Counted from the first letter of the stretch, positions 9,262-20,844 are shown. The stretch is DNA of 61,141 nucleotides from Actinomycetota bacterium (GCA_005786885.1 SYCR01000039.1:1-61141), one strand, 5' to 3'. Notes: generated from the letters alone by a model not told the origin. Numbers and translations: made by a program.

Positions 9262-12200
9262 ATGGCAAGCATGAAAAGCAAATTCTCAAATTTCCCACCA
9301 GCATCTGGGTTGTACAACCCAGAAAATGAGCGGGATTCTTGTGGTGTTGCAATGGTTGCCACTCTGACCGGTAATGCCACTCACGAAATCGTCGCACAGG
9401 GATTAACCGCTTTGCGTAACTTGGAACATCGCGGTGCATCTGGTGCTGAACCAGACAGTGGAGATGGTGCCGGAATTCTGATCAAGATCCCAGATTTATT
9501 CTTGCGCGCTGTAACTAATTTTGATTTACCAAAGGTTGGGTCATATGCAGCGGGCACTGCATTCTTAGCCTCTGACGCACCAATTGCGCGGATCGAAGAG
9601 ATTGCAATAGAAGAGGGTTTGAAAGTTCTTGGATGGCGCGACGTTCCAGTGAATTCTGCAATTCTCGGCAACACCGCAAAATCAGTTATGCCAATCTTCA
9701 AGCAACTCTTCGTATCAGGATTAAAAAATGAGAGCGAGTTAATTCTTGAACGCTTAGCTTTTGCACTTCGTAAAAGAGCAGAGCATGAACTAGCTGTCTA
9801 TTTCCCATCTCTATCCTCAAGAACGCTGGTCTATAAGGGAATGCTAACTACTGGTCAGCTTGAAGAGTTTTTCCCGGACCTTTCAGATGAGCGTTTACAT
9901 TCACCACTTGCTTTAGTGCACTCACGTTTTTCTACAAATACTTTCCCGTCATGGCCGCTTGCTCATCCATATCGCTACATCGCTCACAATGGTGAAATCA
10001 ATACTGTTAAGGGAAATCGAAATTGGATGAAGGCACGTGAAAGTTTGCTTGAAAGCGATTTGATTCCTGGTGACTTGAGACGCTTGTTTCCGATTGTTGC
10101 TGATGGTGGATCTGACTCAGCTTCATTTGATGAAGTACTAGAACTGCTGTATCTAGGTGGGCGTTCATTGCCACATGCAATGTTGATGATGATTCCTGAA
10201 GCGTGGGAAAACAACACAACTATCTCGCAGAAGAAACGAGATTTTTATTCATTCCACTCAACATTAATGGAACCATGGGATGGACCTGCCTGCGTCACCT
10301 TTACTGATGGAAATCAAATTGGCGCAGTCTTAGATCGAAATGGCTTACGTCCATCTAGATATTGGGTAACAAAAGATGGATTAGTTGTTCTGGCGAGTGA
10401 AGTCGGCGTATTAGATTTCAAACCAGAAGATGTTGTGCGTAAAGGACGATTGCAACCTGGTCGCATGTTCCTAGTTGATATCGAGCAAGGTCGAATTGTC
10501 GAAGATGAAGAAATCAAAGATGGTTTGGCAAGTGCTGCTCCATATGGACAGTGGTTGCAATCTGGAATGGTGCGCCTAGAAGACTTACCTGCTCGCGAAC
10601 ACATTATTTATCCGCATTCTTCAGTTGTTAGAAGACAACGCGCATTTGGTTACACCGAAGAAGAGTTGCGAATAATTTTGGCTCCAATGGCAAAATCAGG
10701 GCTTGAGCCGCTTGGGTCAATGGGCTCGGATACCCCGATAGCTGTTTTATCTAAGCGCCCAAGATTGCTCTTTGATTATTTCGCGCAAATTTTCGCGCAA
10801 GTGACTAACCCACCACTTGATGCTATCCGTGAAGAATTAGTCACCAGCCTAGGATCTTCTCTGGGACCTGAACAAAATCTATTAGATCCAACTGCTGCTT
10901 CTTGTCGTCAGATTCAACTTCCATTTCCAGTTTTAGATAATGATGAGTTGGCAAAAATTATTCACGTCAATGCCGATGGAACTCAAGCAGGATTCGCATC
11001 ACATGTTGTCCGGGGATTATTTCAAGTTTCAGAGGGTGGCGAAGGATTACGTGCGCGAATTGAAGAGATTCGACGTGAAGTTAGTGAAGCAATTAAAAAT
11101 GGCGCACACATCATCGTCCTCTCCGATCGTGATGGAGATTCTGAAAACGCACCTATTCCTTCATTGTTATTAACATCAGCAATTCATCACCATTTAATCC
11201 GTGAAAAAACCCGCACCCAAGTTGGATTAGTTGTCGAAGCAGGAGATGTTCGCGAAGTTCATCATGTTGCACTTTTGGTTGGGTATGGAGCAGCAGCAGT
11301 TAATCCATATCTTGCTATGGAAAGCGTCGAAGATCTTGTGCACCAGGGAGTTATTAGTGGAGTTACCCCTGAAAAAGCGGTACGGAATTTAATCAAGGCT
11401 CTCGGAAAGGGAGTCTTGAAAGTTATGTCAAAAATGGGAATCTCGACAATTGCTTCCTACACCGGAGCTCAGGTTTTTGAAGCTGTTGGCTTGTCTCATG
11501 AGTTAATCGACCAGTACTTCTCAGGAACTACTTCTCGCCTTGGTGGAATTGATCTTGAAACTGTTGCTGACGAAGCTGTTGCACGACATCACATTGCCTA
11601 TCCTCCTGGTGGGGAAATCCCAGGGGCTAAGAAACTTTTGACTGGTGGCGAGTATCAGTGGAGAAGAGATGGTGAACCACATCTCTTTGATCCTGAAACC
11701 GTATTCTTATTGCAGCATTCGACGAAAAATAAGCAATATGAAACCTTTAAAAAGTACACCACAAAAGTTGATGTTCGCACTAAAGATTTGATGACTTTGC
11801 GGGGTCTGTTTACGTTTAAAACTTCAAACAAAACTGCCATTTCAATTGATGAAGTAGAACCAATTTCAGAGATAGTTAAACGATTTTCGACTGGCGCCAT
11901 GTCTTACGGATCTATCTCTCAAGAGGCGCATGAAACTCTAGCCATCGCGATGAATAGATTAGGTGGAAAATCCAATACTGGCGAAGGTGGGGAAGACCCA
12001 GAGCGCTACCTGAAAATCGCAAATGGAGATTCAAAGAGATCTGCAATTAAGCAGGTTGCAAGTGGACGTTTTGGCGTGACAAGTGAATACCTTGTGAACG
12101 CTGACGATATTCAAATCAAAATGGCTCAAGGTGCTAAGCCAGGAGAAGGTGGACAACTGCCTGGCCAAAAGGTTTATCCATGGATTGCAAAAACTAGGTA

Positions 12201-13782
12201 TTCAACTCCTGGAGTTGGATTAATTTCACCTCCACCACACCATGACATTTACTCAATTGAAGATTTAGCGCAATTAATTCACGATTTAAAAAATGCAAAT
12301 GACAAAGCACGCATTCATGTGAAATTAGTTGCCGAAGTTGGGGTAGGCACAGTCGCAGCCGGAGTTAGCAAAGCTCATGCTGACGTGGTCTTGATCTCGG
12401 GACATGACGGCGGAACCGGAGCATCTCCTCTTACTTCTTTGAAACACGCAGGAGCGCCTTGGGAGTTAGGACTTGCCGAAACTCAACAAACATTGATGTT
12501 AAATGGTTTGCGTGATCGCATTGTGGTTCAGGCAGATGGTCAACTCAAAACTGGACGCGATGTTGTAATAGCAGCATTGCTTGGTGCCGAAGAGTATGGA
12601 TTTGCTACAGCGCCATTAGTGGTTTCAGGTTGCGTAATGATGCGCGTTTGTCACCTTGATACTTGCCCAGTCGGAGTGGCAACTCAAAATCCAAAATTAC
12701 GTGAGAAATTTACTGGTAAGCCAGAGTTTGTAGAAACCTTCTTTGAATATATTGCGGAAGAGGTTCGTGAAATCTTAGCTTCCCTTGGTTTCAGAACTCT
12801 AGAGGAGGCAATTGGCCAAGTAGAGGCGCTAGAAACTAAAGCTGCTGTGGATCATTGGAAGGCAAGTGGCTTAGATCTTTCTCCACTTCTTGCCGAAGTG
12901 CCTGCCGGCCCAAGATTAAGTTCCATAACTCAGGATCATGGTTTGGATAAGGCCCTTGATAAAGAGTTAATTAAATTAGCCGCACCGGCTCTTGAGAATT
13001 CGACACCAGTTCGAATCGAGATGGCGGTAAGAAACGTTAACCGCACCGTTGGAACGATGCTTGGCTCTGAAATCACCAGACGTTTTGGTGGCGCAGGGTT
13101 ACCAGAGGGAACGATCGATATCTCACTTCATGGTTCTGCTGGACAATCACTTGGAGCATTTATTCCAAAAGGATTATCAATCCGTCTATATGGTGATGCA
13201 AATGATTATGTAGGAAAAGGTTTATCTGGTGGCAAAGTAGTAGTTCGTCCAGATGAGAAAGCCACATTTGCGGCGAATGAGAATGTAATCGCCGGTAACG
13301 TAATTGGATATGGAGCAACGTTCGGTGAAATTTTCATCAGTGGAATCGTTGGCGAGCGATTCTGTGTTCGAAATTCAGGCGCAACAGCTGTTGTTGAAGG
13401 CGTTGGAGACCATGCATGTGAATACATGACCGGTGGAAATGTCGTTATTTTAGGAAAGACCGGCAGAAATATTGCAGCGGGAATGTCTGGAGGAAGAATA
13501 TTTATCCTTGATTTAGATCAAGCTTTAGTTAATGGTGAGATGGTGGATGTGCTTGTAATGCCAGAATCTCAAAAAGAAGTAGTTCGGAAGATCATTTCAA
13601 ACCATTTTGTCGAAACCGGCTCACTAATTGCAAAAGAGCTACTGGATGATTGGAAATCTGGCAGCGATCGTATTTCTATGGTGATGCCAAGGGATTACGC
13701 GCGCGTGCTTTCTGCAATGGACCGTGCAGAAGCAGAGGGTTTGCCACGTGAAACTTATGTAATGGAGGTATCAAATGGGTAA
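9262..13782 (+). CDS. gltB: glutamate synthase large subunit
   Basis: 1506 aa with the N-terminal amidotransferase Cys (DSCGV), FMN and 3Fe-4S regions, and the C-terminal GXGXG repeat domain. Confidence 0.97.
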   Translation: MASMKSKFSNFPPASGLYNPENERDSCGVAMVATLTGNATHEIVAQGLTALRNLEHRGASGAEPDSGDGAGILIKIPDLFLRAVTNFDLPKVGSYAAGTAFLASDAPIARIEEIAIEEGLKVLGWRDVPVNSAILGNTAKSVMPIFKQLFVSGLKNESELILERLAFALRKRAEHELAVYFPSLSSRTLVYKGMLTTGQLEEFFPDLSDERLHSPLALVHSRFSTNTFPSWPLAHPYRYIAHNGEINTVKGNRNWMKARESLLESDLIPGDLRRLFPIVADGGSDSASFDEVLELLYLGGRSLPHAMLMMIPEAWENNTTISQKKRDFYSFHSTLMEPWDGPACVTFTDGNQIGAVLDRNGLRPSRYWVTKDGLVVLASEVGVLDFKPEDVVRKGRLQPGRMFLVDIEQGRIVEDEEIKDGLASAAPYGQWLQSGMVRLEDLPAREHIIYPHSSVVRRQRAFGYTEEELRIILAPMAKSGLEPLGSMGSDTPIAVLSKRPRLLFDYFAQIFAQVTNPPLDAIREELVTSLGSSLGPEQNLLDPTAASCRQIQLPFPVLDNDELAKIIHVNADGTQAGFASHVVRGLFQVSEGGEGLRARIEEIRREVSEAIKNGAHIIVLSDRDGDSENAPIPSLLLTSAIHHHLIREKTRTQVGLVVEAGDVREVHHVALLVGYGAAAVNPYLAMESVEDLVHQGVISGVTPEKAVRNLIKALGKGVLKVMSKMGISTIASYTGAQVFEAVGLSHELIDQYFSGTTSRLGGIDLETVADEAVARHHIAYPPGGEIPGAKKLLTGGEYQWRRDGEPHLFDPETVFLLQHSTKNKQYETFKKYTTKVDVRTKDLMTLRGLFTFKTSNKTAISIDEVEPISEIVKRFSTGAMSYGSISQEAHETLAIAMNRLGGKSNTGEGGEDPERYLKIANGDSKRSAIKQVASGRFGVTSEYLVNADDIQIKMAQGAKPGEGGQLPGQKVYPWIAKTRYSTPGVGLISPPPHHDIYSIEDLAQLIHDLKNANDKARIHVKLVAEVGVGTVAAGVSKAHADVVLISGHDGGTGASPLTSLKHAGAPWELGLAETQQTLMLNGLRDRIVVQADGQLKTGRDVVIAALLGAEEYGFATAPLVVSGCVMMRVCHLDTCPVGVATQNPKLREKFTGKPEFVETFFEYIAEEVREILASLGFRTLEEAIGQVEALETKAAVDHWKASGLDLSPLLAEVPAGPRLSSITQDHGLDKALDKELIKLAAPALENSTPVRIEMAVRNVNRTVGTMLGSEITRRFGGAGLPEGTIDISLHGSAGQSLGAFIPKGLSIRLYGDANDYVGKGLSGGKVVVRPDEKATFAANENVIAGNVIGYGATFGEIFISGIVGERFCVRNSGATAVVEGVGDHACEYMTGGNVVILGKTGRNIAAGMSGGRIFILDLDQALVNGEMVDVLVMPESQKEVVRKIISNHFVETGSLIAKELLDDWKSGSDRISMVMPRDYARVLSAMDRAEAEGLPRETYVMEVSNG

Positions 13783-15232
13783 TCAAACTGGTTTCATGCA
13801 AACTGAACGTCAATTACCAGCCAGACGTCCAGTTGATGTACGGATTCGGGATTGGAAAGAGGTTTATGAAGAACAGCCTTTTGAAGATTTACAAAAACAA
13901 GCTGGCCGTTGCATGGATTGCGGTATTCCGTTTTGTCACCAAGGTTGCCCGCTCGGAAATCTGATTCCAGAGTGGAATGATTTGATCTGGCGCGGAGAAA
14001 AAGAAGAAGCCATCGAGCGTTTGCACGCAACTAATAATTTTCCAGAATTTACCGGCAGATTATGCCCGGCACCATGCGAAACAGCTTGTGTAGTAGCAAT
14101 TAGTTCAGACGCCGTAACGATTAAACAGGTAGAACTAAGAACTATCGAGGAAGCTTTCGGCAGCGGATCAGTTAAACCACAGATCCCAGATCGCCTGACA
14201 GGTAAAACTGTTGCGGTTGTTGGTTCAGGTCCTGCAGGGCTAGCAGCGGCACAGCAATTAACTCGCGCTGGTCATACCGTTGCAGTTTATGAGCGAGCAG
14301 AAAAAATCGGCGGCTTGCTTCGTTACGGAATTCCTGAGTTCAAGATGGAAAAAAATATTTTAGATCGGCGTTTGGATCAGATGAAAGCCGAAGGAACTAG
14401 ATTTAGACCTGGCGTTGATGTCGGTGGCGAGATCACTGGATCAGATCTGCGAACCAGGTATGACGCAGTGATTCTTGCAATTGGTGCAACTAATTGGCGT
14501 GACCTTCCCGTGCCAGGCCGTGAATTAAACGGAATTTATCAAGCTATGGAGTATCTACCTTGGGGAAACAAACAGGGATTAGATGAATTAAGTGGACCAC
14601 CTCCAATAAATGCAACAGGAAAGCATGTTGTGATTTTGGGTGGAGGAGATACCGGTGCAGATTGTTTAGGAACTGCGATTCGCCAAGGAGCGGCCAGCAT
14701 TACTCAGCTTGAGATCATGCCTCGTCCAACAGGGGAGCGCCCATCTTCACAACCTTGGCCGACCTATCCAATGATTTATCGAGTATCGAGTGCGCATGAA
14801 GAATCAGGTGAGCGCTTATTTGCGGTTTCAACTGAATCTTTCCTTGGTGATGAAAATGGAAATGTAAAAGCATTGCGTTTAGTTGAAACTGAATTCAAAG
14901 ATGGAAAATTTGAAAAAGTTGCAGGATCTGAAAAAGAAATTCCAGCTGATTTAGTTTTCCTCGCGATGGGATTCACCGGAGTAGAAAAATCTCCACTGGT
15001 ATCTCAATTAGAGGTAGAACTAGACAACCGTGGAAATATTGCCCGAAATGAGAATTTCGAGAGTACCTCTGAAGGTGTATTTGTCTGTGGTGATGCTGGA
15101 CGTGGCCAGTCACTCATAGTTTGGGCGATTGCCGAGGGACGTGCAGCCGCTGCAGCAGTTGATCGATCCTTGATGGGACGCACTCAATTGCCTGCTCCTA
15201 TCGAGCCTACAGATCGATCTTTAACTGTTTAA
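13775..15232 (+). CDS. gltD: glutamate synthase small subunit (NADPH)
   Basis: 485 aa with a Cys-rich Fe-S N-terminus ([14 protein letters not shown]) and two Rossmann motifs ([20 protein letters not shown]). The start overlaps the gltB stop. Confidence 0.95.
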   Translation: MGNQTGFMQTERQLPARRPVDVRIRDWKEVYEEQPFEDLQKQAGRCMDCGIPFCHQGCPLGNLIPEWNDLIWRGEKEEAIERLHATNNFPEFTGRLCPAPCETACVVAISSDAVTIKQVELRTIEEAFGSGSVKPQIPDRLTGKTVAVVGSGPAGLAAAQQLTRAGHTVAVYERAEKIGGLLRYGIPEFKMEKNILDRRLDQMKAEGTRFRPGVDVGGEITGSDLRTRYDAVILAIGATNWRDLPVPGRELNGIYQAMEYLPWGNKQGLDELSGPPPINATGKHVVILGGGDTGADCLGTAIRQGAASITQLEIMPRPTGERPSSQPWPTYPMIYRVSSAHEESGERLFAVSTESFLGDENGNVKALRLVETEFKDGKFEKVAGSEKEIPADLVFLAMGFTGVEKSPLVSQLEVELDNRGNIARNENFESTSEGVFVCGDAGRGQSLIVWAIAEGRAAAAAVDRSLMGRTQLPAPIEPTDRSLTV

Positions 15233-15286
15233 CTAGATTTAACTCTTTTGAAGAATGAGGCAGCAGTAAACAAGTAGAATTGCCTC

Positions 15287-16726
15287 ATGCGTCGAGCCAA
15301 AATTGTTTGTACTTTAGGTCCGGCCACTGATGACGCGGTAATGATCGATCGGATGATCTCTGCCGGCATGAACATGGCGCGATTGAATCTTTCGCATGGG
15401 GCGCGCGAAGGTCATGAAAAAACCTTTGAAATGGTGCGCCAAGCCGCAGTAAAAGCGGATGTATCGGTTGCAATTGTTGTGGATCTGCAAGGACCAAAGA
15501 TTAGATTAGGTAAATTCAAAAATGGTTCTCATGAAATTATCAAAGGTGCAAAGTTCACAATCACAACTGAAGTAATTGAAGGCGATGAAAATATCTCCTC
15601 TACAACATATATGGGTTTGTCAGGGGATTGCAAAGTTGGCGATCGGATATTGATTGATGATGGACGAGTAGCCTTAGAAGTAACTTCCGTTAAAGCGCCA
15701 AGAATAGAAACTATTGTTATAGAAGGCGGAACCGTAAGTAACAGTAAAGGCTTGAATTTGCCAGGGGCTGCAGTATCCGTGCCGGCACTTTCAGAAAAAG
15801 ATGAAGAAGATCTGAAATGGGCAATTGGGATGGGTGCAGATTTCATTGCACTCTCATTTGTTCGCGATGCAGCGGACATAAAGCGAGTGCATCAGATTAT
15901 GGATTCTGCCGGAGTGCGAATTCCAGTCATTGCAAAAATTGAAAAGCCACAAGCAGTTGCAAATTTAGAAGAGATAGTTGCCGCATTTGATGCAATCATG
16001 GTAGCTCGTGGTGATTTGGGAGTAGAACTCCTAATGGAGGAAGTTCCATTAGTTCAGAAACGTTGCATTACTCTTGCCCGAGAAAATGCAAAACCTGTAA
16101 TTGTTGCAACTCAAATGCTTGATTCAATGATGTCAAATTCTCGTCCAACACGTGCTGAAGTAAATGATTGCGCTAATGCGGTACTAGATGGCGCAGATGC
16201 TTTAATGCTTTCAGGGGAGACAAGTGTTGGAAAATTTCCAATTGAAACCATTGAGACGATGGCAAGAATCATTGCTAAAACTGAGAAAGAAGCTTTGGAT
16301 ACCGTTGCACCACTTCGACATAATCCACATACAACCGCTGGGGCAATCACTAAAGCGGCTACTGAAGTTGGTGAAGTTGTTGGAGCAAAATTCCTAGTCG
16401 CTTTTACTCAGAGTGGGGATTCGGCAAGAAGAATGTCGCGGTTACGTTCTGCAATCCCTATGTTGGCCTTAACCCCAGATGTGCGTACATCGCGAGTTCT
16501 GGCACTTAGTTGGGGAGTCGAATCGATCGTGATCCCGCCTGCTAGTCATACCGATGAAATGGTTAAGCAGATTGATAGCAAATTAATTGAGAGCAAGAGA
16601 GCAAATATTGGTGATTTCATATTAATTGTGGCTGGAAGTCCTCCTGGAATACCTGGATCAACTAATGCAATGCGAGTACACCGTGTTGGAGATGCCGTTG
16701 CGGGCGTTGTTCCTGCTTATCGCTGA
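15287..16726 (+). CDS. pyk: pyruvate kinase
   Basis: 479 aa with motifs MRRAKIVCTLGP, MNMARLNLSHG and MVARGDLGVE. Confidence 0.95.
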   Translation: MRRAKIVCTLGPATDDAVMIDRMISAGMNMARLNLSHGAREGHEKTFEMVRQAAVKADVSVAIVVDLQGPKIRLGKFKNGSHEIIKGAKFTITTEVIEGDENISSTTYMGLSGDCKVGDRILIDDGRVALEVTSVKAPRIETIVIEGGTVSNSKGLNLPGAAVSVPALSEKDEEDLKWAIGMGADFIALSFVRDAADIKRVHQIMDSAGVRIPVIAKIEKPQAVANLEEIVAAFDAIMVARGDLGVELLMEEVPLVQKRCITLARENAKPVIVATQMLDSMMSNSRPTRAEVNDCANAVLDGADALMLSGETSVGKFPIETIETMARIIAKTEKEALDTVAPLRHNPHTTAGAITKAATEVGEVVGAKFLVAFTQSGDSARRMSRLRSAIPMLALTPDVRTSRVLALSWGVESIVIPPASHTDEMVKQIDSKLIESKRANIGDFILIVAGSPPGIPGSTNAMRVHRVGDAVAGVVPAYR

Positions 16727-16778
16727 GATTAAGTTCTAGTCTTAGAGGTATAAACGATGAAGTTGTTTGGGGGGCCAA

Positions 16779-18398
16779 ATGAGAATTAGCATGAAAATCG
16801 TTTATGCGGCTTTGCTCTCGTTTAGCATCGTTGGCTCCGCTGTTGGAGGAAGTATTCCCGCACACTCTTCAACCTCTTCACTGCCGTCTAGTTGGCCAAA
16901 AGTTCCTTCAATCGGATTCTCATCCAGCGATGACAGTTTGCTAGAAACTAAGTCATACGTGACAGGGTTTTCGTACGCAGAAGGTGCCACTAGTGGCATT
17001 TACTCTCGCACTGTTACCTGCTCAACTGTTGATGATGTTGCTTGTGCTGGTGCTGATTCACTTTTCGCGCAAATGATCCTTTTGCCTTGCTCTTCCACTG
17101 TCACTGAAATGTGTATTGAATCTCTTGAGGTCTCAGATTCAAAAGGTGCTTTGAGAAAAGCAACAATTGGCTATGAATCAGCAGGAGAAAGGTTTCCAGC
17201 TAGCAAAATTCGAAATACCCCTGCCGGGGGAAGTGCAAGTGTGTGGCATGTGAAAGAATCACCTAACGCTTCAGGCTCAGATGAGTACGCAGTAAGTGTT
17301 AGTACAACTTTTCAAAATTACCAGAACAAAGGGTGTACTCAATACATCACCTCTCCATGTGGTTTCACTCGAGGCTTCAGGGCGAGGGTCTATCCAATCA
17401 ACCGCACTTCTAGTATCGAAGCGAACCAGAACTGTCTTTGGAGAGAAGAACAAAAGTGCGTGAAGAAAGTTGATTTTTCTCCTGGTTCGCGTGCAGCCCT
17501 TACGGTCCGAATCGATAATTCACTAACTGGTTTTCTCTTTGGCCGGATGAAAAATGTGACATTGGATTTGACTTCAAGAACACCCACTTCAAATCTTCTT
17601 AGAGTTGAGGCAGATCCGATTGATGTTCCTAAAATTTATGCGTATGTAGCGAAAAGTGATTTAAGTAAATACCCCAAAATCGAGGAGTACTGGAAAACTC
17701 GTCGGCAACAGTTAGCCGCATCTGATTTCACCAGCAACGAGACAATAGATACGGGGCCGGCTCCAGAATGGGCCATGACTGATTTTCAAGCTTTTGATGA
17801 TCTGGTCAAGTCAGGCCCTTTGGTTACTTCAATCTGGAGATTTGGCACGCAAGCCGGAAATGGAACTGGCAGTAAATGTTTTGATGATAAAACCAAACTT
17901 CATGGTTTAGTCACCACAAATGCCCCTACCTATCTTCCCAATCCTCCCTCATTTGAAAATGGTGAACTCGCTTACAAAGTAGCAGGGGCGCATCACTTAG
18001 AAGATGGTGTTACCTTATTTAAAGGATCCTATGATTTAGTTCTCCGGACTGAATTCGCCCGTTGTCTATATGGGTTTTCAAATGCTCCGATTAGCGCAAA
18101 AATTTCCGTTGTTTCTACAAATGGTTCCACGCAAGATATTGCGAGCGAGTCACTGCGAGAAGATGCGGCTCGTCAATGGCTATATCTCAGTGCAAAAAAC
18201 TTCACCTTCTCTGCGCCGACTATTAAAGTTAAATTAATGCAAGATAAACCGATAGTTCCAGCAAAAGAAGAAGCAGCCAAAGCGCCAGGTACCACAGTCG
18301 CCAAAAAAGTAAGCACAATTACCTGCGTTAAAGGCAAGATCACCAAGAAGTATTCCGGAGCAAAACCTAAATGCCCTAGTGGGTTCAAGAAAAAGTAA
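16779..18398 (+). CDS. secreted cysteine-rich protein of unknown function
   Basis: Long ORF with a signal-peptide-like N-terminus (MKIVYAALLSFSIVGSAVGG), 12 Cys by my count, and a basic C-terminal tail ITCVKGKITKKYSGAKPKCPSGFKKK. I recognise no family. The start could be the ATG at 16779 or at 16791; the track's 16767 is a TTG. Confidence 0.6.
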   Translation: MRISMKIVYAALLSFSIVGSAVGGSIPAHSSTSSLPSSWPKVPSIGFSSSDDSLLETKSYVTGFSYAEGATSGIYSRTVTCSTVDDVACAGADSLFAQMILLPCSSTVTEMCIESLEVSDSKGALRKATIGYESAGERFPASKIRNTPAGGSASVWHVKESPNASGSDEYAVSVSTTFQNYQNKGCTQYITSPCGFTRGFRARVYPINRTSSIEANQNCLWREEQKCVKKVDFSPGSRAALTVRIDNSLTGFLFGRMKNVTLDLTSRTPTSNLLRVEADPIDVPKIYAYVAKSDLSKYPKIEEYWKTRRQQLAASDFTSNETIDTGPAPEWAMTDFQAFDDLVKSGPLVTSIWRFGTQAGNGTGSKCFDDKTKLHGLVTTNAPTYLPNPPSFENGELAYKVAGAHHLEDGVTLFKGSYDLVLRTEFARCLYGFSNAPISAKISVVSTNGSTQDIASESLREDAARQWLYLSAKNFTFSAPTIKVKLMQDKPIVPAKEEAAKAPGTTVAKKVSTITCVKGKITKKYSGAKPKCPSGFKKK

Positions 18399-18439
18399 GA
18401 ACTTCTGCGCTTTTCTGAATACTTTGGCACAATTCGACC

Positions 18440-19156
18440 ATGTCATTGGTAATTGTCACTGGGGGATCTCGCGGACTGGGCTTTGAAACAGCTAAGGCGT
18501 TACGAGCCCAAGGGCACCAAATTGTTTTGGTTGCTAAAGATAAAGAGCAATTAGCGGAAGTTGCTGCCCAATTAGATTGTGAATATCGAGCAGTCGACTT
18601 AGCCGATTTAGAGGCTGCCAAGAAAACCTTCGAAGAGATATTGGCAAGTTTCGGCACACCAGAAATTTTAATTTTGGCTCATGGAGTAATGAGCGCAAAG
18701 ATGTCTAAGACCTTAAAGACAGATAATGAAGAGTGGCGTCGAGTCATGGCCATTAATCTAGATTCGGTATTTTGTGCTGTAAATACTTTGGCTGCACCAA
18801 TGGCTGAAGCACGAAATGGAAGAGTCATTATTTTCTCTGCTTGTTTAGGTCGAATGTCCGGGCCAGGCAATGCTGGCGGGTTAGCGCCTTACCGAATCAG
18901 CAAAGCAGGAGTAAATGCATTAGTCCGCAACTTGGCACATGAGACTGGCTTAGGTAGTAGGGGAGTTTTAGTTGATGCCATATGTCCGAACCATTCACGG
19001 ACCGACATGGGTGGACCAGGAGCTCTGCTATCTGCCGAAGAGGGTGCCCGCACTGCGATCTGGTTGGCTACGCGAAACTTTGATCTAAATGGATCAACTG
19101 ATCAAGAGAAATTAACTGGAGTGCTTTGGGAAGAGATGAATGTGATTCCATGGTAA
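18440..19156 (+). CDS. SDR-family oxidoreductase
   Basis: 238 aa with a TGGSRGLG cofactor motif and a Y..SK catalytic motif (YRISKAG). Confidence 0.85.
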   Translation: MSLVIVTGGSRGLGFETAKALRAQGHQIVLVAKDKEQLAEVAAQLDCEYRAVDLADLEAAKKTFEEILASFGTPEILILAHGVMSAKMSKTLKTDNEEWRRVMAINLDSVFCAVNTLAAPMAEARNGRVIIFSACLGRMSGPGNAGGLAPYRISKAGVNALVRNLAHETGLGSRGVLVDAICPNHSRTDMGGPGALLSAEEGARTAIWLATRNFDLNGSTDQEKLTGVLWEEMNVIPW

Positions 19157-19169
19157 TTGCAAGTTTTCT

Positions 19170-20642
19170 TTAAATTGTTCCTGCCTCTAATCCTTCAAGA
19201 ACATCCATTGCGCGTTCTTTTAATTCAGGGAGATCTGAAAGCCGATTTAGGCCAAATATCTGTTGACTCATACGGTGATTCTTCACAAATGCTTCTTTGT
19301 GTCGATCCAGAAAATCCCAATACAAAGTTGTGAAAGGGCAGGCCTTTTCACCTACACGTAATTTGGGATCATAAACACAGGGCTTGCAATAGTTAGACAT
19401 TCGTGAAATGTATGCACCACCTGCCGCATATGGCTTTGTCATCATGGTGCCACCATCGGCATGAACGCCCATGCCAATTACATTTGGAACCATTACCCAT
19501 TCAGAGGCATCAATAAAGACCTCACGCATCCACTCCAAAAATTCTTGCGGATTTGTACCGGTAATCAGAGCAAGATTCGAAAGTAACATTAGCCGCGGAA
19601 TATGGTGAACCCATGCGCGATCATCTATGTCAGTTACGGTTTGTTTGATGCAATTCATTTGGGTTTTTTTAGGGTCGTTAAATAAAGGAAGTAATTTCCT
19701 GGCGGCATTTAATTGGTTATTTTCACGGTAATCAGGGCCTAGGAACCAATACATTCCGTTTACGTATTCACGCCAACCGATAACTTGCCGAATAAAACCT
19801 TCGGCAGATTCGATTGGTATCGAACCCTTGTTAAATGCTTGCACAGCCGCTCTGATTACTTCACTTGGGTGTAGTAGTCCGTTGTTTAAGTATGGGGATA
19901 ACAGTGAATGATGAAGTGCCCAGTTATCAGTGGTCATCGCATCTTCAAGCGGGCCAAATTCAGCGAAGTGATTATCAATAAAGTTCTTTAATTGGGCGAG
20001 TGCACCTTTGCGAGTAGTGGCCCAAGTGTTTGTGGGTTCATGAGAAAGCTCAATCGCTACTTGATTATCAATCTCATCTCTCTGATGCTCGAGATATTTC
20101 GGTCCTTCATATTTTTTCGGGGGTGGCAAACGGTTCTCTTTATCGAAGTTCCATGAACCACCGACAGGATCACTGCCCTCCATCAATATATTTAAACGTG
20201 TTCTTTGTTTCCGATAGAAACTTTCCATTAAATAACTTTTTTGATCTTGAGCCCATGAGTGAAATAAGGGCCTAGGAGTCAGAAAGAAATCGTTTTCTAC
20301 AAAAAGAACACCATGAGTTTTGAGTGCTTCAAATTGTCGAAAGGATGAAGGCTCCGCACAGATGATCGAAAGTTTTGGGTATTTCTTTTGAACAATTTTG
20401 AGACCAGATACCGTGGTCGCGGCTTTTACATATTCAACTGTAAACCCTTCATCCTCAAGAGATTTTGCAAAGTGACGGGCGCTAGAGATTAAAAAGAAGA
20501 GTCGTTCTTTGTGCCAATTTCGCCCAGTAGTCATGCGGGCACTTTCGACCAAGACAATCAAATCTTCTTTTGGGTCAGCCTCCTTAAGTGCACCAAATTT
20601 ACGATGTAGGTGATCGAAGGGAATATAGATAATTCTCTTCAT
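19170..20642 (-). CDS. cryptochrome/photolyase-family protein of the Fe-S bacterial (FeS-BCP, CryB/PhrB, COG3046) class, likely a (6-4) photolyase
   Basis: 490 aa with a COG3046-like N-terminus (IPFDHL..., WHKERLFF). It has four Cys arranged C...CxxC-x12-C (NCIKQ, YCKPCVYD, EKACPF), which matches the [4Fe-4S] ligands of PhrB/CryB as I recall them. Confidence 0.85.
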   Translation of the reverse strand: MKRIIYIPFDHLHRKFGALKEADPKEDLIVLVESARMTTGRNWHKERLFFLISSARHFAKSLEDEGFTVEYVKAATTVSGLKIVQKKYPKLSIICAEPSSFRQFEALKTHGVLFVENDFFLTPRPLFHSWAQDQKSYLMESFYRKQRTRLNILMEGSDPVGGSWNFDKENRLPPPKKYEGPKYLEHQRDEIDNQVAIELSHEPTNTWATTRKGALAQLKNFIDNHFAEFGPLEDAMTTDNWALHHSLLSPYLNNGLLHPSEVIRAAVQAFNKGSIPIESAEGFIRQVIGWREYVNGMYWFLGPDYRENNQLNAARKLLPLFNDPKKTQMNCIKQTVTDIDDRAWVHHIPRLMLLSNLALITGTNPQEFLEWMREVFIDASEWVMVPNVIGMGVHADGGTMMTKPYAAGGAYISRMSNYCKPCVYDPKLRVGEKACPFTTLYWDFLDRHKEAFVKNHRMSQQIFGLNRLSDLPELKERAMDVLEGLEAGTI

Positions 20643-20782
20643 TTATTTTCCCGACAACGATTGCTGCAATACTTCACTTCATCCCAGTTCTTGGCCCATT
20701 TTTTGCGCCATTCAAATTTAAGATTGCAACGCACGCAGGTTTTTGGTGGAAACCCATTCTTATCCTTTGCGATTCGTGCCAT
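20639..20782 (-). CDS. DUF2256-like zinc-ribbon protein (47 aa), absent from the ORF track
   Basis: Hand translation of the minus strand gives MARIAKDKNGFPPKTCVRCNLKFEWRKKWAKNWDEVKYCSNRCRENK*. The CxxC...CxxxC pattern and the FEWRKKW..WD.VKYCS..CR core match DUF2256 as I recall it. Its TGA overlaps the photolyase ATG (ATGA). Confidence 0.75.
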   Translation of the reverse strand: MARIAKDKNGFPPKTCVRCNLKFEWRKKWAKNWDEVKYCSNRCRENK

Positions 20783-20844
20783 GATCAAATAATAGTCTTG
20801 AGTAATTAATAATGCAGAAGGAAGGCAGTATTAAATTCTAGGAT

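Noticed and set aside
15256-15287. 7-bp hairpin (TGAGGCA...TGCCTCA, 18-nt loop) whose 3' arm ends on the A of the pyk ATG
   Set aside because: The stem is short and the loop large, so predicted stability is low. It could arise by chance, and I have no supporting evidence of regulation.
20610-20792. 60-aa plus-strand ORF listed in the track between the photolyase and the heliorhodopsin
   Set aside because: The opposite strand encodes a recognisable DUF2256-type zinc ribbon whose stop is fused to the photolyase start. The plus-strand product has no features and would run against the operon.
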